Part shown: positions 28,288 to 41,987 of the stretch, piece by piece
Position numbering within the stretch: position 1 is the stretch's first letter
How the letters are laid out: the number at the start of each line of letters is the position of its first letter
NCBI GenBank assembly: GCA_964016885.1
Contig: OZ024752.1
Location: forward strand, 6,820,001-6,884,000
Length of the DNA: 64,000 nt
Reading direction: 5' to 3'
Source: Eledone cirrhosa
Lineage: Eukaryota
Position numbers and translations under genes: made by a program
Notes under the pieces: generated by a model
What the model was told of the DNA's origin: nothing
What the model saw: the letters and a program-made list of their open reading frames with translations, nothing else
Databases searched by the model: none

Positions 28288-28998
28288 AGAGAGCTGGAAT
28301 GCATACCAAGGAACTTAACCAATGTTCTAACTATCCTACCATTTCACCAGAGCTGGAACACATACCAAGGAACTTAACCAATGTTCTAACTATCCTACCA
28401 TTTCACCAGAGCTGGAACACATACCAAGGAACTTAACCAATGTTCTAACTATCCTACCATTTCACCAGAGCTGGAACACATACCAAGGAACTTAACCAAT
28501 GTTCTAACTATCCTACCATTTCACCAGAGCTGGAACACATACCAAGGAACTTAACCAATGTTCTAACTATCCTACCATTTCACCAGAGCTGGAACAAATA
28601 CCAAGGAACTTAACCAATGTTCTAACTATCCTACCATTTCACCAGAGCTGGAACACATACCAAGGAACTTAACCAATGTTCTAACTATCCTACCATTTCA
28701 CCAGAGCTGGAACACATACCAAGGAACTTAACCAATGTTCTAACTATCCTACCATTTCACCAGAGCTGGAACACATACCAAGGAACTTAACCAATGTTCT
28801 AACTATCCTACCATTTCACCAGAGCTGGAACACATACCAAGGAACTTAACCAATGTTCTAACTATCCTACCATTTCACCAGAGCTGGAACAAATACCAAG
28901 GAACTTAACCAATGTTCTAACTATCCTACCATTTCACCAGAGCTGGAACACATACCAAGGAACTTAACCAATGTTCTAACTATCCTACCATTTCACCA
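28288..28998. repeat. 59-bp tandem array (about 12 units)
   Basis: Unit cagagctggaacacataccaaggaacttaaccaatgttctaactatcctaccatttcac. Confidence 0.95.
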
Positions 28999-30914
28999 TC
29001 TACATTTCTAGAGAGGAGAGAATGTGTTTATTTAGCTAAGAAAGAAGTAAAAAGCAGTAAATGACACTTTGTATCTTGTACGAGAGGTGTGAATATTTTT
29101 GGAGTGTATCCAAAATATAATATAGTTGTGCTTGATTTTATTGATAAGGGATGAAGATGGAAGGCTGCTGGAGAAGGAGAGTATCAAGGGAACTGGGGAG
29201 TTTCAACTGCAACAGAAGAATTACGAGAAAGAAAGACCGAGAAAGAAAGACCGTAGAGATTAGACAAGCAATAAAGACCAGTGAAGGTGACAAAAGCATT
29301 AGGGATGGTTGTTAACAGGATGAAAGGATGAAGGTGGTGTAGGGCAAGTTGTATACATAACCAATGAAATTGTGCAAGAATGTGTTAACTTTGATAAGAA
29401 ACAGACTTAGTAGCAACCCCATTATTAGCTGATAGCAAAGAATGAGTGAATTACTGAAGGGTGAAATTAGAGGGGAATGTTAAAAGACCAAATAATGACT
29501 ATAGGGTGGGTAACCTTAGGATTCTAACAGAAGATAGAGTTGATATGGATAGAATGAAGTCAGGGGTTTATTCCGGGACATAAAACTGAAGATAACATTT
29601 CCAGTGTAATATACCCAAAAGAATAGGGGTTTGCTATAAGAGAAAACAAAAGCAATGATCTAATATGAATTGAAATGAGGCGGTAGAGATGTGTGGGGAA
29701 ATGTGCTGTTACTATGTCTAAAGAATTTGGAACAATATGCCAAAATAAGATTTAAAAACTCTTTAACTTGCACCAATAGAGAATTATGATGTTGAATAAC
29801 AAGTTTAGTGTAAGTGTATGTATGTGTCAATAGTATGTATGTGTGTGTGTGTCTGTAGTGTGTATAGACAATGTATGTGTATGTATGTGTGTGTATGTAT
29901 GTGTGTGTGTATGTATGTGTGTGTATGTATCTGTGTGTGTATATGTATGTGTGTGTATGAGTGTGTGTGAGTGTGTGTATGTGTGAGTGTATGTGTATGT
30001 ATGTGTGTGTATGTATGTGTGTGTGTGTGTGTCTGTAGTGTGTATAGACAATGTATGTGTATGTATGTGTGTGTATGTATGTGTGTGTGTATGTATGTGT
30101 GTGTATGTATCTGTGTGTGTGTATATGTATGTGTGTATGAGTGTGTGTGAGTGTATGTGTATGTATGTGTGTGTGTGTGTGTGTATGTATGTGTGTGTGG
30201 GTGTGTATGTGTGTGTGTGTATGTGTGTGCGTGTATGTGTGTGTGTATGTATGTATGTATGTGTGTGTGTGTATGTATGTATGTATGTATGTATGTGTGT
30301 GTGTGTGTGAGTGTGTTTGCTCATGCCATTTTTTTGCATTAATATAAACAAATTTTAAGAAAATTATTTGAGAATGTTTTTCTGAAATTTTTTTTAAAAG
30401 AAACACACACACATACATACATACACAAACACACACACACACAAACAAACACACACACACTCACAAACAAACACACACACACACAAACATACAAAACAAA
30501 CACTCACAAATACATACAGAAACTCAAACACGCACACATATATATATATATATATAATACACACACACACGCACATATATATATATAATACACACACACA
30601 TATATAATACACATACACACACATATATATATGAAACACTAAACAAAGTAAAAGATATTTACAAATTATATTTTAAGAATGGTCTTATAACAATAAACAA
30701 AGAGACAGCTGATTCAGAACACACACATATACACACATATATATATATACACACATACACACACACATATATACATACACACATACATACACAGACAGCT
30801 GGTTCAGAACACACACATATATACATACACACACACCATTCTATTAGAGATTAGATCACATATTTAAGTAGTTCTATTTCATACTGAAATGTTATGTAAA
30901 GTATACACTACAAA

Positions 30915-31742
30915 CTGTACCGTACGGTACAGTTTGGTACAGTACAGTACAGTACGGTATGGTATGGTATGGTATGGTACAGTACGGTATGATATGGTAT
31001 GGTATGGTACAGTACGGTATGGTATGATACAGTATGGTATGGTATGGTATGGTATGGTACGGTACGGTATGGTATGGTACGGTATGATATGGTATGGTAT
31101 GGTACAGTATGATATGGTATGGTATGATACAGTATGGTATTGTATGGTATTGTATGGTATGGTATGGTATGGTATGGTACGGTACGGTATGGTATGGTAC
31201 GGTACGGTACGGTACGGTATGGTATATGGCATGGTATGGTATATAGTATGGTACAGTATGGTATGGTATGGTATATGGTATGGTATATGGTATGGTATGG
31301 TACGGTATGATATGGTATGGTACGGTATGGTACGGTATGGTATGGTATGGTATGGTACGATATGGTACGGTATGGTATGGTATGGTATGGTATATAGTAT
31401 GGTACAGTATGGTATGGTATGGTATATGGTATGGTATGGTACGGTATGATATGGTATGGTACGGTACAGTATGGTACGGTACAGTATGGTACGGTACAGT
31501 ATGGTATGGTACAGTATGGTACAGTACAGTATGGTACGGTACGGTACAGTATGGTACAGTACAGTATGGTACGGTACAGTAAGGTACAGTATGGTATAGT
31601 ACAGTACAGTATTGTACAGTATGGTACGGTACAGTATGGTACGGTACAGTAAGGTACAGTATGGTATAGTACAGTACAGTATTGTACAGTATGGTACGGT
31701 ACAGTATGGTACGGTACAGTACGGTACAGTACAGTATGGTAC
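30915..31742. repeat. Pentanucleotide satellite (GGTAT/GGTAC/AGTAC)n
   Basis: Directly visible. Confidence 0.95.
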
Positions 31743-34022
31743 TGGGTGATAGACACTGGGTGATAGCCCCAGATCTGTCTGGACACTGGGTGATAGCCAG
31801 ATCTGTCTGGACACTGGGGGATAGCCAGATCTGTCTGGACACTGGGGGATAGCCAGATCTGTCTGGACACTGGGGGATAGCCAGATCTGTCTGGACACTG
31901 GGGGATAGCCAGATCTGTCTGGACACTGGGGGATAGCCAGATCTGTCTGGACACTGGGGGATAGCCAGATCTGTCTGGACACTGGGGGATAGCCAGATCT
32001 GTCTGGACACTAGATGAGAGCCAGATCTGTCTGGACACTGGATGATAGCCAGATCTGTCTGGACACTGGGGGATAGCCAGATCTGTCTGGACACTAGATG
32101 AGAGCCAGATCTGTCTGGACACTGGGGGATAGCCAGATCTGTCTGGACACTGGGGGATAGCCAGATCTGTCTGGACACTGGATGAGAGCCAGATCTGTCT
32201 GGACACTGGATGATAGCCAGATCTGTCTGGACACTGGGGGATAGCCAGATCTGTCTGGACACTAGATGAGAGCCAGATCTGTCTGGACACTGGATGATAG
32301 CCAGATCTGTCTGGACACTGGGGGATAGCCAGATCTGTCAGGACACTGGATGAGAGCCCCAGATCTGTCTGGACACTGGGTGATAGTGCCAGATGTCTGG
32401 ACACTGGGTGATAGCCCCAGATCTGTCTGGACACTGGGTGATAGCCCCAGATCTGTCTGGACACTGGGTGATAGCCCCAGATCTGTCTGGACACTGGGTG
32501 ATAGCCCCAGATCTGTCTGGACACTGGGTGATAGCCAGATGTCTGGACACTGGGTGATAGCCAGATCTGTCTGGACACTGGGGGATAGCCAGATCTGTCT
32601 GGACACTGGGGGATAGCCAGATCTGTCTGGACACTGGGGGATAGCCAGATCTGTCTGGACACTGGATGATAGCCAGATCTGTCTGGACACTGGATGATAG
32701 CCAGATCTGTCTGGACACTGGATGAGAGCCAGATCTGTCTGGACACTGGGTGATAGCCCCAGATCTGTCTGGACACTGGGTGATAGCCAGATGTCTGGAC
32801 ACTGGGTGATAGCCAGATCTGTCTGGACACTGGGGGATAGCCAGATCTGTCTGGACACTGGATGATAGCCAGATCTGTCTGGACACTGGGTGATAGCCCC
32901 AGATCTGTCTGGACACTGGGTGATAGCCAGATCTGTCTGGACACTGGGGGATAGCCAGATCTGTCTGGACACTGGATGATAGCCAGATCTGTCTGGACAC
33001 TGGGGGATAGCCAGATCTGTCTGGACACTGGGGGATAGCCAGATCTGTCTGGACACTAGATGAGAGCCAGATCTGTCTGGACACTGGATGATAGCCAGAT
33101 CTGTCTGGACACTGGGGGATAGCCAGATCTGTCTGGACACTGGATGATAGCCCCAGATCTGTCTGGACACTGGGTGATAGCGCCAGATGTCTGGACACTA
33201 GGTGATTGCCAGATCTGTCTGGACACTGGGGGATAGCCAGATCTGTCTGGACACTGGATGATAGCCAGATCTGTCTGGACACTGGATGATAGCCAGATGT
33301 CTGGACACTGGGTGATAGCTCCAGATCTGTCTGGACACTGGGGGATAGCCAGATCTGTCTGGACACTGGATGATAGCCAGATCTGTCTGGACACTGGGTG
33401 ATAGCCCCAGATCTGTCTGGACACTGGGGGATAGCCAGATCTGTCTGGACACTGGATGAGAGCCAGATCTGTCTGGACACTGGGGGATAGCCAGATCTGT
33501 CTGGACACTGGATGATAGCCAGATCTGTCTGGACACTAGATGGTAGCCAGATCTGTCTGGACACTGGATGATAGCCAGATCTGTCTGGACACTGGATGAT
33601 AGCCAGATCTGTCTGGACACTGGATGAGAGCCCCAGATCTGTCTGGACACTGGATGATAGCCAGATCTGTCTGGACACTGGATGAGAGCCCCAGATCTGT
33701 CTGGACACTGGGTGATAGCGCCAGATGTCTGGACACTGGGTGATAGCCAGATGTCTGGACACTGGGTGATAGCCAGATGTCTGGACACTGGGTGATAGCC
33801 CCAGATCTGTCTGGACACTGGGTGATAGCCCCAGATCTGTCTGGACACTGGGTGATAGCCCCAGATCTGTCTGGACACTGGGTGATAGCCAGATCTGTCT
33901 GGACACTGGGTGATAGCCAGATGTCTGGACACTGGGTGATAGCCAGATGTCTGGACACTGGGTGATTGCCCCAGATCTGTCTGGACACTGGGTGATAGCC
34001 AGATCTGTCTGGACACTGGGTG
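31743..34022. repeat. 28-bp array with 24-30 bp variants (about 80 units)
   Basis: Unit ctgggggatagccagatctgtctggaca. Confidence 0.96.
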
Positions 34023-35152
34023 AGTGTGTGCAGGATAATTTCATCACTCTGCCTGTATTTGGGACAGGTCAGTCTGACCAGCAATGGTACTATATATTGA
34101 TGCCACAATAAAAGGCACCCAGTACACTCTGTAAAGTGGTTGGCTTTATTAGGAAGGCCACCCAACTCTACAAATTTGTTGGAGGGACACTAAACTGTAG
34201 CTATGCCATATAATGAATGAACTTTAAATTCATCTTTTATATTTGGAGAGCAACACTCTTTGAAAAATAATAGTAATAATGTTTCTACTATTGGCACAAG
34301 GCCAGCAATTACCCAGTACATTACTGGTACTTTATTTTATCGATCCCGTAAGGATGAAAAGCAAAGTTAACCTCGGCAGGATTTGAACTCAGACCGCAAA
34401 GGGGCGTAACTCTATGCTGCAAAGCATGGCGTCCGACGCTCTACCGATACTACCATAAAACCATTTGTTTATCCGATCAAACCCCGGGTTTTGTTTCTTG
34501 GCATCCATTTTGCATAAGCTGGATCAAGGGAAATAACTCTTACAAAGTTTTCTAGTAAAAAATATTTAATCAGCTCTTTAAAAATTCAAACAACAATCAC
34601 ATCTTTTAGACATTGATTTATTCACATTATTAGGTCAATGATTCATCAAACTAAATTGATCTGCCTCAATCAGTGCAGTTGACTAACTTTACACCAATAT
34701 GCTTAACACTAACATGCACTATATTCAATGTTTGAATTAACCCTTTAAATTATTTCTCCCCTTGTTTTTAACCCCTTCCTGTGGCAATATAGTCTTTAGG
34801 TTGATTAGATTTTAATAAAAACAACCTCAACCTTAAAAGTCAATCATTTTAGACATAAATTTCATTTTTATTCTTTCATTAAATCAATTTTGTTTTTATC
34901 GATTTTTTTTCAATTTGTTTAACAAAATTGATTTCTTAGAAGGGTGCAAGACCATGAATTTTATAAATAGAGGAAAATGATGAAACTTTGATGAGATTGC
35001 CAGAAGTCTTTGTGACATAACTGACATGAATTAGCTACAACTGATGACCAAAATAGAATAACAGACCTGGTTAGGAATTGGTAAAGTTATTGAAGGGTCA
35101 GGATTAAAATGGTTTGCAGTATTAGAGACACTCTGGGTTAAGAACCTACAGA

Positions 35153-35415
35153 CATCATCATCATACGTCCACTTTTCCCTGCTTGCAAGGCTGGGACAGG
35201 TTCTCTTCAGCACAGCATCTCTCCACTTGTCATGGTCCTTCGTCATCTCCTCCGTGAACTTCAGCGATCTGAGATCTGCTCTCACCACCTCCGCCCATGA
35301 TTTTCGTGGTCTTCCTCTACTGCGTCTTCCACTGGGATTTCTTGGCACTTCTTTACCCAGAGGTCATCCTCCATGCACATCACATGTCCATACCATCTTT
35401 ACATTTTATCCTTTC
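35153..35415 (-). mobile_element. RTE-clade LINE 3' end
   Basis: RWYGHVM...GRRSRGRPRKSWAEVVRADL...DKWRDAV followed by TTGCAAGCAGGGAAAAGTGGACGTA(TGA)n tail. Confidence 0.82.
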
Positions 35416-35755
35416 AGAATTGATAAATACAGTACCAGACCTGACTAATTGATAAATACAGCACCAGACGAAAATAATTGATAATTACAGTACTAGACAA
35501 AACTAATTGATAAATACTGTACTCGACCAGACTAACTGTTAAACACAATACCAGATTATACCATACCAGATCAGTACTAACAATCATCCACACCAACTAT
35601 GGGTTAAATAACCTCACCAACCCACAACTGGCCAACCATGGTGAGTACAGCTACACCCCTCACATGACCAAAACCACAGAGAGAGCAGTGGAGGTCAACC
35701 AAGGAGGGGTTCCTCCAACAGGAGTGAGAAGGACCTGGATTGGATCAGATATATA

Positions 35756-36994
35756 CAGGGTGCAGACGGAATTCATTCACAATTTTCAACTGCTAGTTTT
35801 ACATATATTTTCTTTACTTTCGTTTTTTTACTTGAAAACAACCATTATTTAATTTGGTTTTTCCAGAATAATTGACTATGGACAAATTGGCATCCATGCT
35901 GGAAGGAAAAACAAGAAGATTTGAGAGTTCTCTAGCAGAGGGAATGTAGAAAAGGTCAGAAAGGAGCTGGAAGATTCAGGATTCAACTATGAGGCAACAG
36001 CAGAGATGAAGACTCATGATTAATGATCGGACAGCATCAGAATCAGAATGCCAGAGTTCATCGCTGAAGTCCTGGAGAACGTTAACAAAAGTTCAGATCA
36101 TCCCAGCAAGTCTATGTATGCCATTGCAAGGGAGAAAGGTGTGGATGAAAAACTCATCAGGCTGGTGGTGCGTGAGGACATTTGCTACTTTTCGTACAAG
36201 ATGAGGAAGGAACAATTTCTGTCCAAAACGATGCAGGAAAAGCAACTCAATCACACAAGAATCTGAAGTTGAAACACTTGCTGGAGCCAGACATGCTGTG
36301 GTTCTTCTCCGATGAGAAAAACTTTTACCAAGACCAAGAGATCGACTCCCAGAACAAGAGATGGCTTGCTGTCTCACCCAAGGACATGCTTAGAGTCATG
36401 CTGATGAAGTTTTCAGCAACAATCATGGTTTCTGGTGTGGTCAGCAGTGAAGATGACATCATGCCACCTCACTTTTTCCCTGAGGGCCTCACACTGAACA
36501 CTGACAGCTACATCCATGTTCTGAGTGAGGTGGTGGAGCCCTGAATTGACCTGATAGCAGCAGGGAGGCCATACTTAGCCTCAAGCTGCAAGACTTGGCA
36601 CCCTGCCATACCAGCCAGAAGACCCAGGCCTGGCTGTCGGAGAACTTCTTTGACCACACTGTACCTTAACTCGTCTGACTGAAACCTCTTGACCTCTTTG
36701 TGGAGGGGGTGTGGTGGAATGAGGGACCAACAGATCCAGCTGCATCACGAAGGATGAGCTGAGTGCCAGATCACCAGGAACTTTAGGAGTGTAAGTTGGA
36801 AGACTGTGAAGAAGGCCTGTGAGTGGTTTTGAGGCTGCCATTGAAGCCAAAGATGGGTTCATCAAGTGAGAGTGATAGAACATGTCATGAAAACAAACTG
36901 ACCCATGTTTGGTAAATATATCTAAAAAAACAAACAACTCTTGTGTTATTTTTCCCAGCCAGTAATCTTGTGAATGAATACTTTCAACACCTTG
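35756..36994 (+). mobile_element. Decayed full-length Tc1/mariner-superfamily DNA transposon (maT/DD37D-like)
   Basis: Imperfect TIRs CAGGGTG..ATTCATTCACAA / TTGTGAATGAAT..CACCTTG with TA on both sides. Broken transposase with WFFSDEKNF, MVSGVVS, MPPHFFPEGL, QDLAPCH (from QDSAPAH) and a degraded SPDxN motif. Confidence 0.88.
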
Positions 36995-37111
36995 TACACA
37001 CACAGAGTAAGGGGTCAACCGAACAAGGAGTGCGAACCACTTAGTGATCTGTTGGTTGTCAAGCAGATAAAAGACCTGTATAAAAGTGTAAGTCGGAGAA
37101 TTATATAAATG

Positions 37112-37405
37112 AATCACCAAGGTTCAATACATTGATACGTTATATAATTGATTTACATGTTTCAATCAACTACAAACGATGTAGATTTTAACACTTTCCC
37201 TAAATACAAAATTTGTTTACATTTTTCAAATCTTTGTAGTTGGATACGTAAGAACATGGAATTGGTAAGTAAATATCTTTCTATATTATATTTACTAATT
37301 CTGAAGATTTCTCTACAAAGGAATTAAATGCTACATCCTTTGTAGTTGAATAAAACATATGGAAATCAATTAAATAATCTATCAATGTATTGAACTTGGG
37401 TGATT
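37112..37405. mobile_element. Old MITE with about 80-bp diverged TIRs
   Basis: AATCACCAAGGTTCAATACATTGATA... versus ...TATCAATGTATTGAACTTGGGTGATT. Confidence 0.68.
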
Positions 37406-37456
37406 TTTTTTTACATTTTTATATATGTTCTGTGATTTACAAATCTACATACTGTT

Positions 37457-37663
37457 TTAATCCTTTAACATTTAAACAGGCCTTATCCAGCCAGCATTCT
37501 CTCACCTATTTCTGTTCAAACTGGCCGTAACTGGTCACTCATACTGATGTTAAGATATTGTTCTCAAAATAAATATCAAAATCTCATAGATTCAATATTA
37601 TGTGAGATAATTATATGAAAATACTATAGTAAATATAGAGTAATGTAAATGGTAAATAGTTAA
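37457..37663 (-). mobile_element. TTAA-flanked piggyBac-like MITE (unexpanded copy)
   Basis: Homologous to 5423-5633, with TTAA at both ends. Confidence 0.68.
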
Positions 37664-38994
37664 ACTCTGACCTGTCTTTTACCATCTTGATGTTGACAAA
37701 ATCACACCGGAGCTTTAAATATCTGACTGCCTTATACAGTTGTATCAACTCATATAATTTACCATATATATCATCATCACTGTTTAGTGTCCATTTTTCC
37801 ATGCTTGCATGGGTTAGATGTGTTGTCTATACTGACAGACAAGTCTGGCCAGAGTTGGCCACATCATACCTTGCTCCGACAAGGACTGTAAATTTGGCCA
37901 TGGATTTTACAGTGGGATGCCCTTCCTAACACTAAAAACCTCTTTTACAGTGTGGAACTGGATGGCACCATGAAGAGAAGGGACAGGATAGTTGGCTGTG
38001 TCGAACACTCCTCACAGCAGAAGCACAGTTCCATTAGTCGCACCGACCTTTCACACAGTTCAGGTGCCACATGGCACCATTATGAGGAGGGACAGAACAG
38101 TTGGCCACACCTAACATATATATGTGTGTGTATATATATATATACACACACACACATATAGATATACATATTCATACTTGTGCCATGCAAAAGGTACCCA
38201 GGACTGTAAGAAAATTGTTGATAGCAAGGGCATACCTCCATAGAAATTATGCCAGACAAAGGGCCAAGAAGGCTCTTCAGTTCCAGAAAGGGCATGACAA
38301 CCTTTCTAGTGTTGGTGACATAAAACTCATCCAGTATACTCAGAGTCCAGGAAGATATCTAAGCAAGAGGTCAGTAACTTTGATTAAATACCGGCTTTGT
38401 CTGTGACGACATGTCCAACCGTTGCTAGCAGGAAAAAACAGACATTAAATGATGCTGACACACACATGTCTCCAAAGAATATAATACATAGAAAAAGATG
38501 AATGATTGGTTAATGAGATAATGGCTTTATGGTGAGTTAATGGTTGTTGTAGTAATTACTGTGTTTACGTCTTATTTAGCCTGTAGCTAAGATAGTGACA
38601 GATTAATTGATATCTTTGTATGGAGATTACAGAGACAAGAGTGAAAGAGATATTATGGCTAACTAAATAGATCTGGACTTCAGCCATGGAAATTGAAATA
38701 TTTATTTGAATGGTACTTTTTTATCAATCAATTGGATAATTAGTTTATCAATCAATCGAAATACGATCGCCACAACTTGTTATTTATCGATGCCTCAGTT
38801 TACCTTGGCAGAATGACTCTACCAAAGTAGAACAATAACTTAAACAATTTCACATCAACGATCTTATCTAAAAAAAAAAAAAAAAGTTGCCATTTATTTA
38901 GTTTGCAAGGGAAGGGAGGTAACCCCAGCATAGTTATTAACTTGTGGTTAACTTTAATATTAATGGCAGTTATTAAATAGAAGTCGGTTGGATT

Positions 38995-39195
38995 AGTAAA
39001 CATCCTGCCCATGAAATTAGCGTGCTATTGGCCGAGCATTTCACAGACACGTGTACCCTGTAAATCTGAGAAAGATTCTCCGAGGCAGCACTTGAATTAC
39101 GGGTACAGTCTAGTCGATGGGCTTCCAAACAGTTTCTGTCTACCAAATTTCACTCACAATGCTTGTGTCGCCCCAAAGCTATGGTAAATGATACG
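38995..39195 (-). mobile_element. Third SINE family, degraded copy
   Basis: ACAGTTTCTGTCTACCAAATTTCACTCACAA..GC motif also present at about 8060-8200(+) and 51640-51880(-). Confidence 0.55.
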
Positions 39196-39687
39196 GCTTA
39201 TGAATTTCAAGAATTGCCACCGATGATGGCGAGACTGAGAAGCAGGAATAGCTAAACACCTTTGCAGGCCGAACCTGACATGCCGACACAACAAGTCATT
39301 GATATTATTGACAAGAGCTTGTCAACTGTTCAGCTTCCTGAAATGTCTCAAACCTCACAAATATTTGACTTTTTAATGACATTTTGTAGACATACTTCCG
39401 TTGATATAGATCACAGTTTTGTTAATAAAATGTATGTCAATACTCATCTTTTTCCATTCCTCCGAGGGTTCTAAACGACACTATCAGGCTAAAATTTCTT
39501 CAGTTAAAAAATACAGCGAAAGCTTCTATTTCTAATTTTAATGAATAATTAAATATTTAAAAAATACGTACAATCAATTTTTTTGGACAAAAAAAAAAAA
39601 AAAGAAATTCATTTATTGAATATAGAGACTCTGAGAATGTCGTTTAAAGTTATGACATTATATATATATATATATAGTTGAACAGAA

Positions 39688-39995
39688 GGACTGGGTGGTG
39701 ACTCGGCCGCACCCCGGACTGAGTGGTGACTCGGCCGCACCCCGGACTGAGTGGTGACTCGGCCACACCCCGGACTGAGTGGTGACTCGGCCACACCCCG
39801 GACTGGGTGGTGACTCGGCCGCACCCCGGACTGGGTGGTGACTCGGCCGCACCCCGGACTGGGTGGTGACTCGGCCGCACCCCGGACTGGGTGGTGACTC
39901 GGCCGCACCCCGGACTGGGTGGTGACTCGGCCGCACCCCGGACTGGGTGGTGACTCGGCCGCACCCCGGACTGGGTGGTGACTCGGCCGCACCCC
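39688..39995. repeat. 28-bp GC/CpG-rich array (11 units)
   Basis: Unit ggactgggtggtgactcggccgcacccc. Confidence 0.95.
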
Positions 39996-40337
39996 AACGA
40001 CAAAACAACAAATGTATTACTACGGAGAATGGCTAGAGACACCTGCTCAGGTGTATAGTTTCGTTCATTACTGAATTCTTTTGGTTTTGTCATCGTTAGC
40101 AGCTCACCTTAACCAGGTGTCAGGTGATGTCCGTGAGGATACCTGGTTGTTCAAGTGTCTTAGACTCGCCACCATCCGGCCTTAACCAGGTGTCAAGTGA
40201 TGCCCGTGGGGGTACCTGGTTGTTTCAACGCCATCCCATCGTTTTACCGAGGTGTCAGCTATGAATTAAGAGGGAGGGGGGTTATTTTTAAAAAATGTTG
40301 ATCAATATATTTGGAAATTACATCATGGAGATCTATA

Positions 40338-40866
40338 ATCGGTAGAGCCTTGGGCAGCATGTTTTGCAGCATAGAGTTATGTCTCTTTATGTTCTGAGTT
40401 AGCTATGCCTTTCATCCTTACGGGGTCAATAAAATAAAGTACCAGTAATGTACTGGAGTTGATTTAATGACCACCGCCCCACCACCACCAAGACCTTGTG
40501 TTTAAACCAGGAACCATTATTGGATTGGCAGTATCGGTAGAGGGTCGGACGCCATGCTTTCCAGCATAGCTACGTCCCTTTACGATCTGAGTTCAAATCC
40601 CGCCGAGGTTGACTTTGCCTTTCATCCTTACGGGGTCGATAAAATAAAAGTACCAGTAATACACTGGATAATTGCTGGCCTTGTGCCAAATGTAGAAACA
40701 ATTATTAAGAAGCGATTTGCGCCATAGAGTTACGTCCCTTTGCGTTCTGAGTTCAAATCCCGCCAAGATTAGCATTACCTTTCGTCCTTACGGGGTCGAT
40801 AAAGTAAAGTACCAGTAATACACTGGTGTAATTGCTGGCCTTGTGCCAAAAGTAAAAACAATTATT
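40338..40866 (+). mobile_element. Three head-to-tail SINE family 1 copies
   Basis: The core CCTTTC.TCCTTACGGGGTC.ATAAA occurs three times. Confidence 0.88.
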
Positions 40867-41122
40867 AAGAAAGGAAATAAATTCAGGGACGGAGCTCTAA
40901 ATTACAACGGAATATCTGAGGACTTTGTTAAAACATTTATTTAATTATCAGGAATTATATTATCAGAAAAAGGAAAGTTAACATTTTAACGAATGACTTC
41001 GTTAATAAAATATAAGGGATATGAAGGGGAGGTAACTGTTGTTTACAAATTGTAAAAGGACAGAAATATTAGAATTAAATTAATTACTCTACAATGAACC
41101 ATAATACACCACGTGTATGTAA

Positions 41123-41153
<31 letters not shown>

Positions 41154-41263
41154 GATAGAGATAGCGAGAGAGAGAGAGATGTAAAATCCTACTCTACATC
41201 TCCCTTGCACTAAGTACTCCCATGATTAGAGGTCTGCCTGGTCTCAGCACTGTACGTGTGTGT

Positions 41264-41304
<41 letters not shown>

Positions 41305-41655
41305 TTGGGTGCAAGCCGAAGCTGAAGCATAGAGACAGTATGCCCCCCCCCCCCTCCTGTAGCGTGGTCGCATAGATGTCACAACAAAAAGCACCCAGTA
41401 CACACTGGAAAGTGGTTGTGTAGGTGTCACAACAAAAAGCACCCAGTACACACTGGAAAAGGTACCACGGTAAAAGGCAGCCAGTCCACACTGTAAATGA
41501 GGTTGGTGTTAGGAAGGGCATCCACCTGTAGAAATCAAGCCAAAATCAGTTCCCGTATGAACAAGACATGATCACCTGACCTGGTATTGCCCACAACAAA
41601 ACAACAGGACAACCTGTCTAACCCATACTAGTGTGGAAGAATGGATGTAAAACGA

Positions 41656-41704
<49 letters not shown>

Positions 41705-41987
41705 TATATATATATATTTGTCTGTAACTCTAACCTTTACATGTTTAGTTCTAACCCTACATTTGTCCCTATAAATAGTTTTATTGCTCCAGAGTTACTC
41801 CTACATTTAATCCTGTCATTTGTACAATAAATACTGAAGATTTATGTCATCATATAGAAATAAATCAACAAAATGTCACTTTTATCTTTAACAACATCCA
41901 CTTGTCTCTAATCAACAAACTATAAGGTTTTATCAACCAGTAATTTATCAAACCAAAATTTCCCAATTTGTCAACATATTTAATAAG

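Noticed and set aside
29000-29660. Possible LINE remnant
   Set aside because: Composition is suggestive, but I could not recover any diagnostic motif.
30879-34165. Long repetitive ORFs (up to 706 aa)
   Set aside because: Read-through of pentamer and 28-bp satellites in several frames, with no domain signal.
39181-39474. Coding-looking plus-strand stretch (QAEPDMPTQQVIDII...)
   Set aside because: Short, preceded by stops, with no recognisable homology or clear splice sites. A BLASTx search would settle it.
40100-40230. Twin hairpins as an H/ACA or C/D snoRNA
   Set aside because: No correctly placed H and ACA boxes on the host sense strand, and the D-box-like GTGA is not conserved in the second hairpin.
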